A DNA stretch of 18,567 bases from contig JBJXGI010000102.1 of assembly GCA_046153645.1 (NCBI GenBank), positions 1 through 18,567 on the forward strand, given 5' to 3'. The stretch comes from Elusimicrobiota bacterium (GTDB taxonomy: Bacteria; Elusimicrobiota; Elusimicrobia; F11). The notes beneath the pieces were generated by a model, which was given only the letters and a program-made list of their open reading frames with translations, made no database searches and was not told the DNA's origin. Position 1 is the first letter of the stretch, and the number at the start of each line of letters is the position of its first letter. A program made the position numbers and the translations under genes. Shown piece by piece: positions 8,460-16,018 of the stretch.

Positions 8460-9139
8460 CTCACTCCCACATATAAACCAGCGATACCACCAATAAGAGG
8501 ATGATAACTCGCTTGATTAAAACCTGCCCATCTTATGTATTGGCACATCTGCTGCGGTTCTGGAAAACTATAAATAGTTTTTTCTAAATAATCTTTGGGC
8601 CAACGTTCACCAAAGTTAAGCCAACCAACAAGAGGAAGCACTGTTTTCAAATATGTTTTATGACCCCAAGCTAAAAAGTTATTCGGTGGTCGTGATAATT
8701 CTAAGTGAACCATTTTTCCGCCGGGTTTAGTAACTCGAAAAAACTCTCTGAGAGAAGGAGTCAGAATTCCACCTTGATTCAAATTTCTCAAAACAAAAGA
8801 AGAAGTGATTCCATCAAAACTTTTTGGTTCAAAGGGCAACTCATCGGCAGAGGCCACTTGAAACCGAATTTGATCATTACTCCCAAGCTTCTTTTGAGCT
8901 GCTTCTATCATTGGTTCAGAAAAATCGACTCCGACAACACTACAACCTTTACTCAGCAATTCCTTTGCTAAGTCACCCGTTCCAGTTCCAACATCGAGAA
9001 TACTCGAGTTGCTATTAAACATTCGCGCTAATTCACGTCTCCAAGCTTGATCAAGGCCTAAACTACTAATGCGATTAAAACGATCATATTCCGGAACGAG
9101 AGCGTCAAACATCTCCCGAATGGGAGAGGAACTTTTCAT
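8453..9139 (-). CDS. ubiE: UbiE/MenG family C-methyltransferase (demethylmenaquinone/ubiquinone biosynthesis)
   Basis: N-terminal MFD....YDR.N.I.SLGLD..WRR signature, SAM motif ILDVGTGTGD, DFS..M, LPF...SFD..T.SF.LRN and RV.KPGG. Overlaps the nuoA start by 7 nt. Confidence 0.85.
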   Translation of the reverse strand: MKSSSPIREMFDALVPEYDRFNRISSLGLDQAWRRELARMFNSNSSILDVGTGTGDLAKELLSKGCSVVGVDFSEPMIEAAQKKLGSNDQIRFQVASADELPFEPKSFDGITSSFVLRNLNQGGILTPSLREFFRVTKPGGKMVHLELSRPPNNFLAWGHKTYLKTVLPLVGWLNFGERWPKDYLEKTIYSFPEPQQMCQYIRWAGFNQASYHPLIGGIAGLYVGVRC

Positions 9140-9318
9140 TAAAGATCTTCAACTCCAAGAGTCTTTTTCTTGCCATCCAATCTTACTTTTTCAACTGAAG
9201 CATTTAAAATATCTTCTACTTTTTTGGAGAGAGCTTCAATATAATCTCCACCAGTTCTATACCCAGCTTCTTTTACTTTTCCTTTAATTTTACTTACAAC
9301 AACGTATGTTTCAGACAT
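9139..9318 (-). CDS. Bacterial histone-fold protein (Bd0055/HBb-like singlet histone), 59 aa
   Basis: Absent from the ORF track; translated by hand as MSETYVVVSKIKGKVKEAGYRTGGDYIEALSKKVEDILNASVEKVRLDGKKKTLGVEDL*. AAGGAG RBS at 9324-9329, 5 nt before the ATG. Its TAA overlaps the ubiE ATG (TAATG). The pattern VV.SK.K..K..G..T....I..LSK..E.......VE....DG.KT...D matches Bdellovibrio Bd0055 as I recall that sequence. Confidence 0.88.
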   Translation of the reverse strand: MSETYVVVSKIKGKVKEAGYRTGGDYIEALSKKVEDILNASVEKVRLDGKKKTLGVEDL

Positions 9319-9442
9319 GATTTCTCCTTGTTGCTATCCAGTGTTGGATGGCATTAGCTATTGAAATATGAGTCTAATATTTTAATTATGATAAACCTTA
9401 AAGGTTAATGTGGCCAATGGAGGACACGTGAAAATCAAAGAG

Positions 9443-9472
9443 ATAATAAGACAATTATATTCAACCTGTCAA
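9443..9472 (-). promoter_or_regulatory. Putative sigma70 promoter for the histone-ubiE-nuo operon
   Basis: Minus strand reads TTGACA (9472-9467), an 18-nt spacer, then TATTAT (9448-9443). It sits in the 163-bp gap upstream of the histone gene. Confidence 0.55.
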
Positions 9473-9481
9473 AAAAATCTT

Positions 9482-11254
9482 TTAGGCCGCGCATTCGCCT
9501 TGACCAATTTGCGCCTTGAATTCATCAAATTCACCCCACTCAAAATACATTTCTTTCTTTTCATCATAGGCGGGCAATGACTTAAAAGGCTCAACTTCTT
9601 TCTTTAATCGATCTTTTCCCAATCGCTCCATTGTTTCAACAAATTTTTCTGAAGCTTGTTTTTCTTTTTTGAATAACTGAACCAAATGTTTCACTACTTC
9701 AGGCGCCCGCTTTGCTGGAATAGCTGCAATAGCTTGTCCAAACCGCGCAGAACCCTCTTGGATATCTCCGCCAATCAATAATTGATAATGAGGAACTTCA
9801 TGGCCATTAACTTTCCGATAGGTCCCAAAGAATCCAATATTTCCGATGTGATGCTGTCCACATGAATTGGTACAACCTGAAATTTTAATGCTCAGGTCTT
9901 TTAAGTCGGCATCTTGAGCCAACCCATTCTTAAATAAATCAAGAATAGCACCCGCAAGTCCACGGGACTTCGTCACCGCAATCTGACAAGTGTCAGCACC
10001 TGGGCAGCGAGTGACATCTGATAAACGCAAAGCCCCACCCGTTGCAAGTCCGATAGCAACAAGCTCATTAAAAAATGAAACAAGATGCTCTTGTTTAATC
10101 CAAGGTAAAAAAAGATTTTGTTGAACCATGGTTCGAAGTTGACCACCATTATATTTGCGGGCTATGTTCGCCAAAGATCGCATCTGAGGAACATTGATAT
10201 CCCCAAGAGGAGTCACAACAATGACCATCACATAACCGGATTGTTTTTGTTGAATAACATTCGTTTGACGCCACGTTTCAAAACCCGCTTGGGGTTTCGC
10301 ACTTAAATCAACAGAAACATTAACAACAGGAGGAACCAATGGTTTTTCTTCAGGGATAACCCATTTAACTTTTCCAGGGCGAACAGCTCTCACCTGAGCG
10401 CGTTCATCAATAACCATTTTACGAAACGCCGCGTCTCCAAACTTTTTCAAAACAAATTTTAAGCGCGCATGAAATTTATCAATACGATCGCCATGTCGAT
10501 CAAAAATGCGACAAACGGCATCCGTTGTCGAATAAAAATCAGCCAAGGGGGTGAATTCTTCTAATAATATGGCTAAGTGCGGTGTGGCTCCGAGACCTCC
10601 ACCTAAATAAATGCGAAAACCCTTTTCTTCTTTTCCGTTCACAGTTCTTTTGGCGGCAACAAATCCCATATCATGAATAGCGGTATAGGCAATATCTTCT
10701 TTCCCTCCTCCATAAAAAGCAATTTTAAATTTACGCGGGAAATTTTGATAAGCAGGGTGACGCAGTAAATATCGAAACAAGCTTTGCGCATAAGGGGTTA
10801 CATCAAAAAGTTCATCTGAAGAAAAACCAGCAAAAGGAGTTGCAGTTAGATTTCTCACGGTGTTACCGCAGGCTTCACGAGCTGTCAAACCACAAGCTTC
10901 AATTTCAGTCAACGCTTGAGGGATGCTCTCCAAAGGGACATGATGAATTTGTATGGCTTGGCGAGTTGTCACATGTGCCAATTTTGTCCGGGTATATTTT
11001 TCTGTAAGTCCTGCAACAACATCTAATTGATCTGAGGTTAAAATGCCATGAGGACATTTGATTCGAATCATCTGTAAATCAGTTTCATTTCTAATGCCAT
11101 ATACGCCATTATTCAGACGAAACTTTTTAAATTCATTGGGATCCATTTTGCCAGAACGGAGCAATTGAATATTCTCTTTAAACCGAGTGACTTCTTCCAA
11201 AGCCTCTGGAGAGAGTTTTCCCAGATCAACTTGAGTTTCAACGGCTAACGACAT
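9482..11254 (-). CDS. Siroheme/[4Fe-4S] sulfite (or nitrite) reductase hemoprotein, ferredoxin-dependent Sir/NirA type
   Basis: Motifs F..FRL.NGVYG.R, M.RIK.P.G, H.TTRQ.IQ.H, REACGNTVRN, .PRKFKI, and cluster ligands CPGADTC and SGCTNSCGQH; C-terminal GQGECAA. The start is reassigned from the track's 11281 to the ATG at 11254 because GAGGAGG (11261-11267) lies 6 nt upstream. The cysteine synthase neighbour favours sulfite as substrate. Confidence 0.9.
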   Translation of the reverse strand: MSLAVETQVDLGKLSPEALEEVTRFKENIQLLRSGKMDPNEFKKFRLNNGVYGIRNETDLQMIRIKCPHGILTSDQLDVVAGLTEKYTRTKLAHVTTRQAIQIHHVPLESIPQALTEIEACGLTAREACGNTVRNLTATPFAGFSSDELFDVTPYAQSLFRYLLRHPAYQNFPRKFKIAFYGGGKEDIAYTAIHDMGFVAAKRTVNGKEEKGFRIYLGGGLGATPHLAILLEEFTPLADFYSTTDAVCRIFDRHGDRIDKFHARLKFVLKKFGDAAFRKMVIDERAQVRAVRPGKVKWVIPEEKPLVPPVVNVSVDLSAKPQAGFETWRQTNVIQQKQSGYVMVIVVTPLGDINVPQMRSLANIARKYNGGQLRTMVQQNLFLPWIKQEHLVSFFNELVAIGLATGGALRLSDVTRCPGADTCQIAVTKSRGLAGAILDLFKNGLAQDADLKDLSIKISGCTNSCGQHHIGNIGFFGTYRKVNGHEVPHYQLLIGGDIQEGSARFGQAIAAIPAKRAPEVVKHLVQLFKKEKQASEKFVETMERLGKDRLKKEVEPFKSLPAYDEKKEMYFEWGEFDEFKAQIGQGECAA

Positions 11255-11301
11255 AATGTTCCTCCTCACGACTAGCGCCAATTTTGGAAATGGCGTCTAA
11301 C

Positions 11302-11793
11302 TTATGAAATTCTTATTAATTCTTCAGCAAAAGGCTGATTATCTTCTTCTCGAAACCAGGAACGCATTTCAAAAGCTTTTCCTTTCTGAACTGAAACAAT
11401 GATATTAGACCACTGCGCTAAAAAAGGCTGGGATTCATCAATTTTACTTGGAATCGCTGGGTGATCAGGATGAGTATGAATCACACCAATCACATCCAAT
11501 CCTTCTTTTTCCGCTTTTAATGTTTCCCGGTTAAACTCGTCTGGTTTCATCAAAAATTCTGTTTTTCCAGCCCCTTTTCCTTGTCGATGCTCAGGTAATG
11601 TAGGGGCAATGTTATTTTCATTACCTAAAAGGTCATTGGTAAGGGCTGCCAAACGAATCATTTCTTTGCCTTTCCCAGGTAGAAATTGACCTATCAGCAA
11701 CCCACAACCCTCATGTGGATATGCTTTTTCAGCCCAGGTAAAAATAATTTGTTTAAGCGCTGCAGAGACAACTAAAAACGAATCAACTGACAT
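11302..11793 (-). CDS. JAB/MPN+ (M67) metallopeptidase, Mec-like sulfur-carrier-protein hydrolase
   Basis: AYP.E.CGLL.G plus the JAMM motif HTHPDHPAIPSKID (HxH-x7-S-x2-D). Lies 1 bp downstream of the cysteine synthase gene. Confidence 0.88.
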   Translation of the reverse strand: MSVDSFLVVSAALKQIIFTWAEKAYPHEGCGLLIGQFLPGKGKEMIRLAALTNDLLGNENNIAPTLPEHRQGKGAGKTEFLMKPDEFNRETLKAEKEGLDVIGVIHTHPDHPAIPSKIDESQPFLAQWSNIIVSVQKGKAFEMRSWFREEDNQPFAEELIRIS

Positions 11794-11794
11794 A

Positions 11795-12793
11795 TTAAGG
11801 TTTTTTCGATCGGGGCATTTCTAATTGATCGTGAGTTCTCCAATATTTCTCAAAATAATTTACCATTTCTTCCCAAAAACGGGAATTCATATATCTTTCG
11901 CCGCCATCACAAAGCACACACACAACAACAGCATTTTTTACCCCAAGGGCGACTTCAAAAGCTCCTTGTAAAGCAGCTCCTGAAGAAAATCCAACCAAAA
12001 CCCCTTCTTCTCTGGCCAGACGACAGCACATCTCATAGGCATCTTCAGTATGAACGCTCACTTTACGATCATGAACTTTTGAATCATAAATCCCCGGAAC
12101 AATAGAGGAAGCCATGTGCTTTAACCCTTCTAAACCGTGTAAAGGAGAATAAGGTTCCACTGCGACAATTTCAATTTTTGGGTTTAATTCTTTGAGCCTG
12201 CGCCCCGTTCCCATCAAAGTACCAGAAGTTCCAATACCAGCAACAAAATGTGTAATTTTTCCTTCTGTTTGAGCCCATACTTCTTCAGCGGTTGTTTCAT
12301 AATGAGCTTTCCAATTATTGGGATTATTATATTGATCGGGCATATAATAACGATTGGGATTATTTTTTAAAAGCTCTAGCGCTTTAACGATCGCCCCGTC
12401 AGACCCTTCCAGAGGATCTGTGTAAATAACTTTTGCCCCAAATGCTTCACTAATTCGCGCTTTTGTTACAGCATTTTCTGGAATACATAGCTCTACCTTA
12501 TAACCAAGCGCCGTACCAATCATGGCATAAGCAATTCCTGTATTACCGCTACTAGAATCAAGAATAATTTTATCTTTGGTTAATTCACCCGATTTGATAG
12601 CGCCTAAAATCATGTGGCGGGCAGCGCGGTCTTTAACAGATCCCCCCGGATTTGCAAATTCAGCTTTACCAAATATTTGAGATCCGTGATCGCCCAACCA
12701 ATGATTAAAACGATCAAACCGGAGAAGAGGTGTGTTTCCAATTCTCTCCAATAAGTTCAAACCATGATGATGAGTTGTTAACGTGCTGTTCAT
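11795..12793 (-). CDS. cysM: PLP-dependent cysteine synthase (CysM-like)
   Basis: Motifs IGNTPL, K.E..NPGGSVKDR (PLP lysine), SSGNTG, DQY.NP.N..AH..TT, GIGTSGT, EG...G.SSGA and D.GERY. Confidence 0.9.
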   Translation of the reverse strand: MNSTLTTHHHGLNLLERIGNTPLLRFDRFNHWLGDHGSQIFGKAEFANPGGSVKDRAARHMILGAIKSGELTKDKIILDSSSGNTGIAYAMIGTALGYKVELCIPENAVTKARISEAFGAKVIYTDPLEGSDGAIVKALELLKNNPNRYYMPDQYNNPNNWKAHYETTAEEVWAQTEGKITHFVAGIGTSGTLMGTGRRLKELNPKIEIVAVEPYSPLHGLEGLKHMASSIVPGIYDSKVHDRKVSVHTEDAYEMCCRLAREEGVLVGFSSGAALQGAFEVALGVKNAVVVCVLCDGGERYMNSRFWEEMVNYFEKYWRTHDQLEMPRSKKP

Positions 12794-12816
12794 TGCCGGT
12801 GAAAGGTTAAGATCAT

Positions 12817-13599
12817 TTATGCAGGTTGGCCAACGATTTCCCCGGCATAGACTTTTTTAATCCCAGAGGCGGATTCTAGCAGAAGGTTCCCTTCTGTATC
12901 AACGGAAGAAAGTGTCCCTTGAATGGTTTTATCTCCCATTTGAACTTTTGTTTTCTTACCAATGCCAAATAGTTTTGTCTCAAATGCTTTTTGATAAGGA
13001 CCAAAACCTGTTGAAGGATAATCTTTCCATGCGGTATAAATGGCAGAAAGAACAGCTTCTAGTAATCGTGACCGTCCTTGCGTTTGTTTGCGTATATCTT
13101 TAATCGCAATCGCGATTTGTGAAAGCTCTTTGGGAATTGCATTATTAACATTAACGCCAACACCAATGAGGAGCCAGTCTTTTTTATATTTCGTGGTGGT
13201 TGACAACAAAATCCCTGCTACTTTTTTCCCCTCAGCCAAAATATCATTGGGCCATTTTACCTGACACTCCAAATTATTAACTTCTTTTAACGCATTAGAG
13301 ACCTGAAGAGCCGTTACCAACGAAAATGCGCCTATTTTTTCAATCGATATATCACTCAAAGGAAGGGCCAATGTAAACCAGAGTCCACCAGGAGGAGAAA
13401 TCCACTCACGACCTTGCCTTCCCACTCCTTTTGACTGAGTTTCTCCAATAACAACCACAGCACCATCAGCCAATTTGGGTAACCATTGAATAATTCGGCT
13501 TTGTGTAGAGTCCACTTTGTCAAAATATTTGGCTTCAACAATCCATGGTAAATCAACCTTTAATCTAGCGGAAACTTGTAATAATTCTGAAATAGCCAT
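12817..13599 (-). CDS. birA: Biotin--[acetyl-CoA-carboxylase] ligase (no N-terminal HTH)
   Basis: Motifs DST, E.Q.KG.GRQGR.W.SPPGGLW, KWPND, KK.AGIL, GVGVNV and C-terminal AGE. The start overlaps the nadC stop (TAATG at 13599). Confidence 0.94.
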   Translation of the reverse strand: MAISELLQVSARLKVDLPWIVEAKYFDKVDSTQSRIIQWLPKLADGAVVVIGETQSKGVGRQGREWISPPGGLWFTLALPLSDISIEKIGAFSLVTALQVSNALKEVNNLECQVKWPNDILAEGKKVAGILLSTTTKYKKDWLLIGVGVNVNNAIPKELSQIAIAIKDIRKQTQGRSRLLEAVLSAIYTAWKDYPSTGFGPYQKAFETKLFGIGKKTKVQMGDKTIQGTLSSVDTEGNLLLESASGIKKVYAGEIVGQPA

Positions 13600-14468
13600 T
13601 ATAAAACCTCCAAGGATAAATCTAAGATTGGTGCTGAGTGCGTTAAAGCACCAACAGATATTCGATCAACTCCCAACTTCGCCAATTTTCTGGCTTTTTC
13701 TAATGTTACGCCGCCTGACACTTCAATTAATGGATAAGGCGAATTCAAGGCTCGACGAGCAGCTTCAACAAAAAAAACGGCTTTTTTAATCATTGGAATG
13801 TCCATATTATCCAATAAAACAATATCGGCCCTACACTTAATAGCATTCCAAACTTCCTTAATATTTCTAGCCTCTAAAGCTAAAAATTTTATTTTCTTAT
13901 GTTTTGTTTTTTCTTTACTAAACACTGCTAACGGTGTCATTTTCTTTTGATATAGAAATTCTAAATGATTATCTTTAACCAAAATGGCATCACCCAATGA
14001 AAACCGGTGATTGGTGCCCCCAGCGCAATGGACTGCGTACTTTTCCAAGTCCCGCCATAAAGGGGTGGTTTTCCTAGTGTCTAAAATGGAGACATGTGAA
14101 CCCCTTACAGCGTCAACATATTTCTTTGTTAAGGTTGCAATGCCACTTAAATGACAAATCAAATTGAGAATGGTTCGTTCTGCCCCTAAAATGGCTTTCG
14201 CCGTTCCTTTTAAAGAAAGAATTTTCTCCCCCGAGCGAACAATACTACCATCGCTTTTATGTATTTTAACATGGGATCTCGAATCTAAAAGTCTCAAGGT
14301 TTCTAACACAATGAAACTTCCACAAAAAACACCAGGAGATTTAGCAATCACAGTAGCGCTTACTTCATGTTTAGAAAATTCCGGAAGAAAATGAGTGGTT
14401 ACATCAGAAAATGCCTGATCTTCAATAAGAGCGCTTTTTAAACGTTGTGATAAATTTTCAAATTTCAT
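13599..14468 (-). CDS. nadC: Nicotinate-nucleotide diphosphorylase (quinolinate phosphoribosyltransferase)
   Basis: Motifs ERT.LN....LSGIAT.T, DTRKTTP, NHR..L.D..L.KDNH, LLDNM, E.SGG and ISVGALTHS. Confidence 0.96.
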   Translation of the reverse strand: MKFENLSQRLKSALIEDQAFSDVTTHFLPEFSKHEVSATVIAKSPGVFCGSFIVLETLRLLDSRSHVKIHKSDGSIVRSGEKILSLKGTAKAILGAERTILNLICHLSGIATLTKKYVDAVRGSHVSILDTRKTTPLWRDLEKYAVHCAGGTNHRFSLGDAILVKDNHLEFLYQKKMTPLAVFSKEKTKHKKIKFLALEARNIKEVWNAIKCRADIVLLDNMDIPMIKKAVFFVEAARRALNSPYPLIEVSGGVTLEKARKLAKLGVDRISVGALTHSAPILDLSLEVL

Positions 14469-14551
14469 TTTTCTTAATTAAGAGTTTACTACATTTGAAT
14501 ATTGACAAAACCGCCTTTAACCACAAGATTTACATCATGCCAATATTATAT

Positions 14552-14580
14552 TTGACGCTAAAAGACAGATTAGTTACACT
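14552..14580 (+). promoter_or_regulatory. Putative sigma70 promoter for the GAF-HD-GYP gene
   Basis: TTGACG (14552-14557), a 17-nt spacer, then TACACT (14575-14580), in the divergent intergenic region. Confidence 0.55.
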
Positions 14581-14646
14581 TCCCCGCGTGATTAAGAAAT
14601 TTGGATCCTTAATTGCATCGCCGAATTTGAGATTCTACGAACTTCC

Positions 14647-15912
14647 ATGAAAAAGAAAAGAAAAGTTCCTGTTTCTCGTTATTCTGCAAAAGCCAAACAG
14701 CCCCCCCGACAAGCTGCTCGCAGATTATTTTCCAAGAAACTTTCCAAAAAATCTCAAATTGAAAAAAAATTGGTTCCGTTGTTGGAATGGAAAAGGAAAC
14801 TGGCTCTCCTTCTTAAATTCGGGAAAAAAGCCGCCACCACAACACATATTGATGAATTACTCCAGTTATTAGTAGAAGAATCCAAAGCCGTCTTAAACGC
14901 AGATCGTGCAACGGTTTTTTTAGTTGATCGAAAAACAAAAGAGCTTTGGTCAAAAGTAGCATCAGGAACAAAAACGATTAGAATTCCTATGGAAAAAGGA
15001 ATTGCCGGCGCGGTGGTTATTTCTGGAAATCTTCTTAACATTAAAGACGTCTATAAAGATGCACGTTTTAATTCCGACATCGATCAGAAAACAGGATATA
15101 AAACAAAAACAATGCTTGCGGCTCCGATGTTTACGGCAAAAGATTCTGTGTTAGGTGTTTTTCAAGTATTAAACCGAAAAGATCAAAAATCTTTTGACAA
15201 ACAAGACGAAGAACTTTTAACCATGATCGCCGACCAAGCCTCAGCCCATATTGAAAACGCGCAACTTTACCAAGAAATTCGAAAAGTAACCCAAGAAACC
15301 ATTATTCGCCTTGCTGCCGCTGTTGAGTTTAAAGATCATGACACCCGCGCCCACTTATGGAGAATGAGTCAATATTCAGCCATTATTGCTCGAGAAATGG
15401 GCTTTGAAAACGAATGGGTCGAAAATTTAAGATTAGCTGCGCCTATGCATGATATTGGGAAAATAGGAGTTCCTGATGCTATCTTAAACAAACCAGGGAA
15501 ATTAGATCCACAAGAATGGGAAGAAATGAAAAAACACCCACTTTATGGGGCTGACATTTTAAAAGACGCAGAGAACGAACTCATGCAAATGTCGGCAACG
15601 ATTGCCTTATGTCACCATGAAAAATGGGATGGTTCGGGATACCCCAGAGGAATCAGTGGTGAAGCCATTCCCATAGAAGCAAGAATTGCGACTTTGGCTG
15701 ATGTTTTTGACGCCTTAACAAGTAAAAGAGTTTACAAAGCCTCCTTTTCGCTTGAAGACACTCTAAAAATCGTTGATGAAAACACCGGCAAACATTTTGA
15801 TCCAAAAGTGGTTGAGGCGTTCTATAAAAGCCTTCCCAAAGTAAAAGCGATTATGGAATCCTATGCTCCAAGAGAAGATAACAACCATTCTCCTGTTCCG
15901 ACTACTTGGTAA
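14647..15912 (+). CDS. GAF + HD-GYP cyclic-dinucleotide phosphodiesterase
   Basis: GAF domain (ADRATVFL.D...ELWS.V, GIAG.V, NI.D.Y.D.RFN..ID..TGY.T...L..P, GV.QV.N) followed by an HD-GYP domain (KD..T..H, HDIGKIG, KPGKL, HP..G, HHEKWDGSGYP, ADVFDALTS.R.YK). The start codon is uncertain because there is no clear RBS. Confidence 0.93.
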   Translation: MKKKRKVPVSRYSAKAKQPPRQAARRLFSKKLSKKSQIEKKLVPLLEWKRKLALLLKFGKKAATTTHIDELLQLLVEESKAVLNADRATVFLVDRKTKELWSKVASGTKTIRIPMEKGIAGAVVISGNLLNIKDVYKDARFNSDIDQKTGYKTKTMLAAPMFTAKDSVLGVFQVLNRKDQKSFDKQDEELLTMIADQASAHIENAQLYQEIRKVTQETIIRLAAAVEFKDHDTRAHLWRMSQYSAIIAREMGFENEWVENLRLAAPMHDIGKIGVPDAILNKPGKLDPQEWEEMKKHPLYGADILKDAENELMQMSATIALCHHEKWDGSGYPRGISGEAIPIEARIATLADVFDALTSKRVYKASFSLEDTLKIVDENTGKHFDPKVVEAFYKSLPKVKAIMESYAPREDNNHSPVPTTW

Positions 15913-15925
15913 ATATAAAAATCCC

Positions 15926-15953
15926 TTGAAAAATACGCCGCATTTGTTAGGTT
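15926..15953 (+). promoter_or_regulatory. Possible sigma70 promoter for the pilT/pilU gene
   Basis: TTGAAA (15926-15931), a 16-nt spacer, then TAGGTT (15948-15953) with an extended -10 TG at 15945-15946. Confidence 0.3.
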
Positions 15954-16018
15954 TGAATGGTAGTGATATTGCTTTGGTTTTGATAGAAATATAAAAAGCA
16001 CAATTTTACGAGGCCCCC

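Noticed and set aside
1534..8971. Short alternative-frame and antisense ORFs within nuo and ubiE (e.g. 1534..1719, 1841..2116, 2551..2886, 3986..4258, 4452..4781, 5914..6204, 7319..7549, 8705..8971)
   Set aside because: They overlap well-supported conserved genes and show no motifs or RBS; they are expected shadow ORFs.
9069..9287. 72-aa plus-strand ORF from the track
   Set aside because: It is antisense to the histone and ubiE genes and has no RBS or recognisable motif. The minus-strand 59-aa ORF has an RBS, translational coupling and a family pattern.
11255..11281. Track start (TTG at 11281) for the sulfite reductase
   Set aside because: A strong GAGGAGG SD lies inside this stretch, 6 nt before the ATG at 11254, which is the more likely start.
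11273..11299. Imperfect hairpin (TAG-CGCCA...TGGCG-T-CTA) between mec and the sulfite reductase RBS
   Set aside because: It has no U-tract and the stem is bulged, so it is not supportable as a terminator. At most it is an mRNA processing or stability element.
14472..14483. Perfect 12-bp palindrome TCTTAATTAAGA just upstream of the nadC start
   Set aside because: It is almost all A/T in an AT-rich region, has no second copy that I noticed, and matches no NAD or biotin regulator box I can identify. It may be chance.
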